A stretch of DNA of 64,000 nt, taken from contig CM022672.1 in the NCBI GenBank assembly GCA_012295275.1, forward strand, positions 21,824,001 to 21,888,000, written 5' to 3'. Shown piece by piece: positions 47,999 to 64,000 of this stretch (within the stretch, counting starts at the first letter, position 1; each line of letters starts with the position of its first letter). The notes under the pieces were generated by a model. It searched no databases. It saw only the letters and a program-made list of their open reading frames with translations, and was not told the origin of the DNA. Made by a program: the position numbers and the translations under genes. Origin of the DNA: Chrysomallon squamiferum (lineage: Eukaryota > Animalia > Mollusca).

Positions 47999-50926
47999 AC
48001 TGTTTTGTGGGCGTCGCATATAATTATGAATAAAAGCAATAATATAATTATGGTTAAAAAAAATAACAATAATAAGACAGTGAGAGTGAAAACACGTGCT
48101 CTTTTTCAGTTGGTACCGAAATAATTTTAATATGCTCTTTTACATTATTCTCAAAAATATTTATTTATGATCTTTGATGAACTAGTCTGTGGCCAGTTTA
48201 ACTGTCATTTAGCAGTGTCAGTATTTCATCATATGAGAAACTGACTGAGTAGTTCTTTTATGACGATCTGAAATAGCGAAATACTGCGAAGTGTGGTAAA
48301 ACAACTTAGTAAACACGAAGTCAACTTATCACGTGTTTGTTACTGTTACAGCTCTCTGCTTTTTACCTTTCGTGTGACGTTACGTATATTATTAGTAGTA
48401 TTTTTGTGTCGTGATTTTGTTATTCAAAAACTCAGAAGAAGTACATTAAACTACAAATGTATTAGATATATGTAAATAAAAGTGTGTGTGTGTGAGTAAT
48501 ATTGATTTTTACCATATTTAAGAAAATGTATGTAATGGGGTCTAGGCTATGGTCATATTAACTAAGACTGTCGTTTAGCATTTGTCAGTCTGAAAGTTTC
48601 TGCATTTTAACGTATTAGTAATTAACATTATGGTAAAAGTAACATTATTCAGTGTAAGAATAAGCACGAAGTGAAGTTATCATGAGTTTATTCATTTATT
48701 TATTTATTTACTTACTTATTTATTTTTGTCTATTTTAACTTGCGATTCATTCATGCAACTTTAACAAGTGCAGATGGTCAAGTTGACAAAACATATCGCA
48801 TGAGGCACGTGTAACTGATTAATAAGATGTCAGAAGATATTTTTAATTTGTTTTTGTTTATGCAGGTGTCGACATATGCTTTTGAAAACACATCAGGGCA
48901 GAACATTTCAAACATGAATCATACTGTGCTTATCGTTATCGATCTTAAAAATGAATATTTTATTTCAAAAACCTTTGTGTTTTAAATAAACAAAACATTC
49001 AAGCTGTCGTTGTTATTATTTATTCATTATTTTATTTATATATTGATCTATCTATTTATAATTTGTATACAACATTTTTTTTTTTATCCTTTCTGAATGT
49101 GTTAATTAATAATAATATTTTATTTGTGTATCTTTCAAATAATTTCTACGATAAACATTATTCATTATCTCCAACATTTTCATTTTATTTGGACATAACG
49201 TAATGACGAAGTGATAGCGAGTCTAATTTATGTGGGTTTTTGTACTTTTTAAATTCTCTCTTTAGAAACAAGAATATTAAATGTCTCTCGTATTTTAGTT
49301 AATTATATTCCGTAACATCTACGAAGTTCCTCCATCACTGAAAGAAAAGTTTACCGCGATGTGACCATCATCGTACAATAATCACTTCTAGAAGTAGTGC
49401 CTAGATATAACACAGACAAGAAAAGAAATAAAGTTGTTTTGACCTCTGACAGTAATGTCTCAGTAATCTAATTATACAGCAGTAGTGTTTAGTTTTTAAT
49501 TCATTTTCATTTATTCGTTAAGATTTATGTGATGATCCAGTGGCTGTTTAAGTTTTCAAATTTGTTGATATTGCAATATTTCTTTTAGCAACATTTAACA
49601 CGTAGTATTTAGTAATAATAACCTCAACACTTGTAATATAATTTATATACTTAGACACACACATAAATACTTATGTACCACCATCCATCAGTCCATCCAT
49701 ATATAGAAAAATATATATATATATATATACATACATTATATATACATATACACATACATACATCCACACATACAGACAGACATACAGACATACGAATATA
49801 CATACATAAATATACCCCTACAAATGTGCATACATATTAAGTACAAATACGATGATAACAGATATATTGAAAAATTACTGTTAATTTAGAATTTTTACAA
49901 ACATTTAGCAGACAATGTATTCTGTGTTTAGTATATTTGAGATGCATGTTTGAGATGAAATATGGTAAAGTGCATATTAAACATATTTCGCTACAAACTG
50001 AAAATGAGGATGTATTTCATTGTTTTATTATATTGTGATTCTTAATCATAATTATATTATTGCTTTCGTTCACAATTATATGCAACGCCGTAGTAATAGG
50101 TTAAAAAAGCTAAATTTATTGTTATATGACGCAATTGTTCATCGTTTATTATCATTTTAAGTATCTTATCTGAATTCTCGATAGAATTATTTGTTACACA
50201 CATTATTTTATTTGTTTTTATCGTCGATAATTTTTTTAATTTTAATTTTTTTTTTTTTTACCATGCAATAATTTAAACTTATATTGTAAGAAGAAAAACG
50301 TTTCTATCAATACAAGAATTAATTTATGTAAGTAATATCAGTCGCTGAGTATTAGCTGATTAAACAATCTTCATTTTGACTGCAGAAAAGTGGAACCAAT
50401 TCAGATCATTTAGAAAATGAAACAAAAGAAAACAGAGAATAGTAAATGGTTTTAATTTAACTGTGATGTTTCTTCGATCTAGATGCTGCTGAGTTCTGAA
50501 AGAAACACAAATATTGTTATAATTACTTGTTGTACTAACTGCATCGTTAGTCACGTTGCTAAAGTCTTCACGTTTTGGCTTAAAACGTCAATCATGAGTG
50601 TTTCATTCCAGTTGACAGTGTTCGTTAATCTTTTAATTCCGGATCTAGTTTTTATAATTGTTGCATATGATTTATTGCATGAATTTGATTTATCTTTTAC
50701 TCTCTCAGTTTATCATGCATAAAGTCTGTACATACAAAAATATATATACAGTTATAGAAATTATTTGAAAATATTATTGTAAGGTAGTTTTGTGCACATT
50801 TATTTATTATTAGTGAGAAATAAAAACATTTAGATGTTTGAAAATTGCTATTAAAAATACATCCCCTTCAATAATGTTTACTCTTCAGAAATGATGAAAA
50901 TAGGTATGACTTACCTTTCCGTTATT

Positions 50927-55176
<4,250 letters not shown>

Positions 55177-55235
55177 TCCTATTCCTTCTTTATCTCTTTA
55201 AATAATAAATATAATTATATTTAATTTCAATTTTA

Positions 55236-55270
<35 letters not shown>

Positions 55271-55491
55271 ATAATAATAATAATAAATAAAATAACGCAT
55301 AAATAAACACATACATAAAAATATAGATAAATACATGCATACATACATTCATACAGACACACACATATATATACATATACATACCTATCTACCTACATAC
55401 ATACATACATATATATGCATCTATATATAAAAACATACATGCATGCATGAATAAAATTAACTAAGAAGCTCAAATAAGGAGCACCAAAATG

Positions 55492-55581
<90 letters not shown>

Positions 55582-56805
55582 GACTTTCTTTTCTTTTCGT
55601 TCTTGCTTTATTAAAATTAGTCATATGACAGACAAAGGAAAGTCAGTGTTAATCCATTTACAAATAAATAATAAACGACTACTTAACGGGCTATGCATTT
55701 CTTTAGTACTGTCTGCAAAAACTGTTATACTCGAACATAAAAAGTACTTGTTATCTAGAAAGCCAGCGCTTTTGAAATTATATATTAAATTTTTGGTCTT
55801 CCTAAATGAGTCACGTAGTTGGTGAATAAACTATGTTTTTGGTTTTAATTTTTAAATTAATTGTTTTGTTTTTTAAAGGATTTTTTTTTATTTTTTTGTT
55901 TTTTCGTTTGTTTTGTTTGTTCTTATTATTGTTCCTTTTGTTAAAAAACATTTATTTATTTTTTTGGGGGGGGATATGGGGTATTTTGGTTTTGTTACAT
56001 GTAGATTTATAAAAAAAAAACTTGTGTAGGAATGTATGTATTCTTTCTCCAGGGTACAGATTTATTTATATCATGGCATTAAGAGATACAGCATCTAGAA
56101 ACCGCACCCATTTAAATTACTATATTAATTTACTCGTAAATGGTTCTTTAATAAAATTTTTGCTTTTACTTTTTATTGCGCTTTTTCCTTGAGATAAAAT
56201 TAGATTTGGAGAAAGTGCAACGCAGAGTCAGTTTATTACATGCATATTTGGCAAAAATTAATCTTAATATTATACTTACTTACTTACTTATTTTTAAATT
56301 ACTAGTTTTAAAACTTATTAAATATACATCTAGCTTCATTTCTTTTTAATTTTTGTCATCACGAAAACGTTTATTTCTGGGCAAGACTCAACATGTTGAC
56401 TATCAGAAACACTGGTAAGTACTGTGCTGCAATGTCTGTGATGATTCGCATATTTAATTAATTGAGAGGCTATAACAACACTCCTTTTGTAATATTAGCT
56501 TACCAAAAGTTAGTTACAGTAATGACTAAAATAATACAGTTTTACCAGTTTCGTAGCTGGAGAAATTCTTCGGAGTATTCGCCAATTTTATTCTGGAATG
56601 TTCTCTGTTCTGTTGTTTACAGGTTTATATACTGTTGTATGTAATCAGTGACACGTCACCTAGAAAACACGCTCGTTTGAATAAACACATTATTTTATTA
56701 CTTTATTCAAATGTCACACAAGGATGATGCGTTAATTTTTAATTCCAAACATGTGATTACTTTCCATAAATTGCAACGAAATATCTGTCTGTGTGTGTGT
56801 GTTTC

Positions 56806-56902
<97 letters not shown>

Positions 56903-59006
56903 ATTATTTTTGTTTTTCTCATAAATAATTCCTGTTAGTTATGCGGGCATGCTACTCTCTTTGATACTGCAAAATAAAATGGTGTACGCTTTCAAATTAT
57001 AAAATTCTGTTAGGATGTTCTATTCTTTTCTTTCCTCGCTGTTATCAACAATGACCTTCGTGCTGTATAACTAACTGCTCAGTGTCATGTCTAAGACATG
57101 TAAATCAGAAATATTGCAATTAGTTAATCGCTATTACATCAGTCTTGTTCTCTTCAGCTGGTCAATACGATTTAAGTTTGAATTCTTCGTCGAGACATCG
57201 GCGAATTGTTCAGTGACTGACGTCATCGCTTTGTTTGAAATTGCTCGACAATCATTTCATGTATAACCTGCAACTCACTGATCGTATACCAATAGAAAAC
57301 GTTTAATATCAATCATCATCTTTTCTCCTATGAACAACAACAACAACAAGACTACTTGGATTTCTTGACAGAGTTACGAACAGCGTTTTTACAAAAGTTG
57401 CTGCCCCAACATCAGATACTGATAAAATGATGAATGGGTTGTTTATAGGAGAAAATTAACCGACTGTTTGAATAATTATCAGTCGCTGTTTAGAAAACGT
57501 CAGAAATTCCTATTATACACTGACGATTTGTTGACCGTAATGATATAAAAGAAACCAGTTTTCATAAAACAGATGAAGTGGAAATTTTCTTTTTTTAAAA
57601 TTAAAAAAAAAACAAAAAAGTAAATAAGATATAGGGAAATGAAGAATAAAAACGATGATGATGTTAATAAATAATATCGTTCTATCTTTGTGTCTGTTTA
57701 TCTAGCTATATTTCAGCCAGTCTGTTTATTTATCTATGTATATATGTATCTGTCTATCTGTCTTTGTATATACATAATTTATGTACATACAAAATTGTCT
57801 GGAATCAAATAATTTGCATTAAATTCAGTGTATAAATATAAAAATTTAATTCCAGAAATAAATATTAATGTGCTCATTATGTATTTCCAACGTTGCCATA
57901 TGCTGCATATATTAGAAAGCAAATTAAACATTTTTAAGTCTGAAACATTATCGATAAACATATGGCATTGTTTCAGCTTTAATATGTTTAATTTATGATG
58001 AGAATACCTAATGTTAGGATTACACGTCTACATTTCATCCCTTTATATCATCATGGCCTGCCTGACAGATAGATCACGATTTTTCTGACAACCAAATAAA
58101 CATTATCCCAATATTCATAATGCTATTTTTTTTTTTTTTTTTTTTTTTTACTTGTTGTTTTAAATGTTTTGAAAATAACTGAATTTATTTGAATTCAAAA
58201 TGAACATTTAGTATTTGTTGTTTTCAAAATCTCTCTCCTCCCTTCTCTTGTCCGAAACCACCTTATTTGATACGATTTTAACCGAATTGGAGTTAACTGT
58301 TCTCCGAAAAGTACCGAATTTTACGTAGTAACCTGCCGGAGGCAAACAGCTTTCTTAAATAAATAATGTATAACCAAAAATGGCGTTATCATTATATATA
58401 CTAGTCACTTATAGAAGTCAGATATAAGTGTTTGCCTTCATATAACAGAAGCAAATACTAGTATTTTGAGGCCCAGTTCGGTTAAGTAAAAAAAAAAAGA
58501 ATAGTTGAAATGAGTTTTTTAGGCTAGTATGATTATGTCCATCTAAGTTTAACACGGTTTAGTCTTGAAAAAGTGGACACAAACGCTCACAATTCGAGTA
58601 TTCGGGGACGGAAAAACAGCTCTGATGGACTTTTGTATGAATATCGCTCTTTATCCATTCCAAAGTCGGTCAGAAATGTTCACCGCCAGAGGATACTCGG
58701 CCTAACATTAACATTTGCACCAGTTTTAAATCCACGAGAGTGTGCCTAGAAAATAAAATTAGAAGTATATTTATCTTCTAAATTTGTTTTTGTTCTACAT
58801 ACAAGTATGACATTTATTCATTTGATTAATTTATCATAATATAATTTATAATTGCATAAACGAATACGCCACAGACACCCCTAATGTCGGTGGTCTTTAA
58901 TCCGTTCCAATTTATGTACTGATAGACTAACTGGTTGTAATGGGTTAATGCTGTTTATATACTGAGTAATGAATGCGTAGCAAAGTGACGATGTTTAGTG
59001 TATCCT

Positions 59007-59015
59007 ATTGGCGCC
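59007..59015. promoter_or_regulatory. Putative E2F site (TTGGCGCC) overlapping an inverted CCAAT box, upstream of CDC7
   Basis: ATTGGCGCC lies about 680 bp upstream of the first coding exon. CDC7 is an established E2F-regulated G1/S gene. Motif match only. Confidence 0.35.
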
Positions 59016-59690
59016 AGGTTTGCTATCAAATTAATGGAAATTAACACTAACAGTAAATTAATAAAGAAGTCTTATAAGTATGACAAATAATTTGCAGTTA
59101 CAATTTTTTAAATTAAATGTGAGCAGACAGGTTTTTATTTCTTTTTTTGTATACCTAAATTGTTAACTGACTGTTTTCGTTTGTTTTCATCCGAAGTTCC
59201 AAATTTTCTATGCGCGTTATTATTATTATACACTACTGTGACTACAGTGATGATTAAATGAATGAATCGAACGTCGAAAGTTGCATGTATTGTGAAAACT
59301 GTTATGCGTTTTGACTCAGTTATTTATTATTTTTTGAAGTATAATAATTAAAATGAAACGGTTTGAATTCTTGTTAACATATATATATATATATATATTA
59401 TAGATATGTTATTTAATACTCTAGACTAGCCTTTTTAAGGCTTTTACTTTTAAATTTAATACCATGAGTATGAATTTATTTATCGTTGTAATATTTGTAT
59501 GAAATTGCTAGATCAGCTGATTTAGAAGTTATTAATTTACATTCTTTCTTGAGGATAATGGAATGCAGTATAGAAAGGAATCATGAGTGAGCATAGTTTA
59601 TTTTAAGAATTTTCAAATGAAACAATAATATAAATAATTATAAAACAATTTTCTTTAAATTAACATTTTCTTTTTATCTTGAATTTAAGA

Positions 59691-64000
<4,310 letters not shown>

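Noticed and set aside
49355-49400. 46-nt AG...GT-bounded segment on the minus strand, the same size as the family's last EF exon
   Set aside because: Its translation (GTTSRSDYCTMMVTSR) does not align with the family, and the true exon for E is at 51509-51464.

Overview
AT-rich, microsatellite-dense animal genomic DNA, probably molluscan. One intronic repeat resembles a gastropod SINE-like family, but that is recalled from memory and unverified. Most entries in the ORF track are microsatellite artefacts; the real genes are spliced and were reconstructed by hand. Left end: the 5' part of WDR46 (Utp7, minus strand, 10 exons in the window, one GC-AG intron). Right end: the 5' part of CDC7 kinase (plus strand, 7 coding exons). 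Between them (about 8.7-55.2 kb) is a cluster of five paralogous genes in strictly alternating orientation (-,+,-,+,-). Each encodes an approximately 200-aa protein with a signal peptide and up to five recognisable EF-hand loops plus two degenerate ones, with no KDEL/HDEL tail. The paralogues share an exon-size signature (62/101/153/47/124/57-60/46 nt; phases 2,1,1,0,1,1,2) despite strong protein divergence. Four copies are intact; copy A has two 1-nt frameshifts. The gene appears to have arisen by internal duplication of a 3-exon module followed by loss of one 31-aa EF-hand. Also present: a hAT-type MITE with an 8-bp TSD, an internally deleted Tigger/pogo element, a fold-back next to a direct duplication, and several minisatellites.
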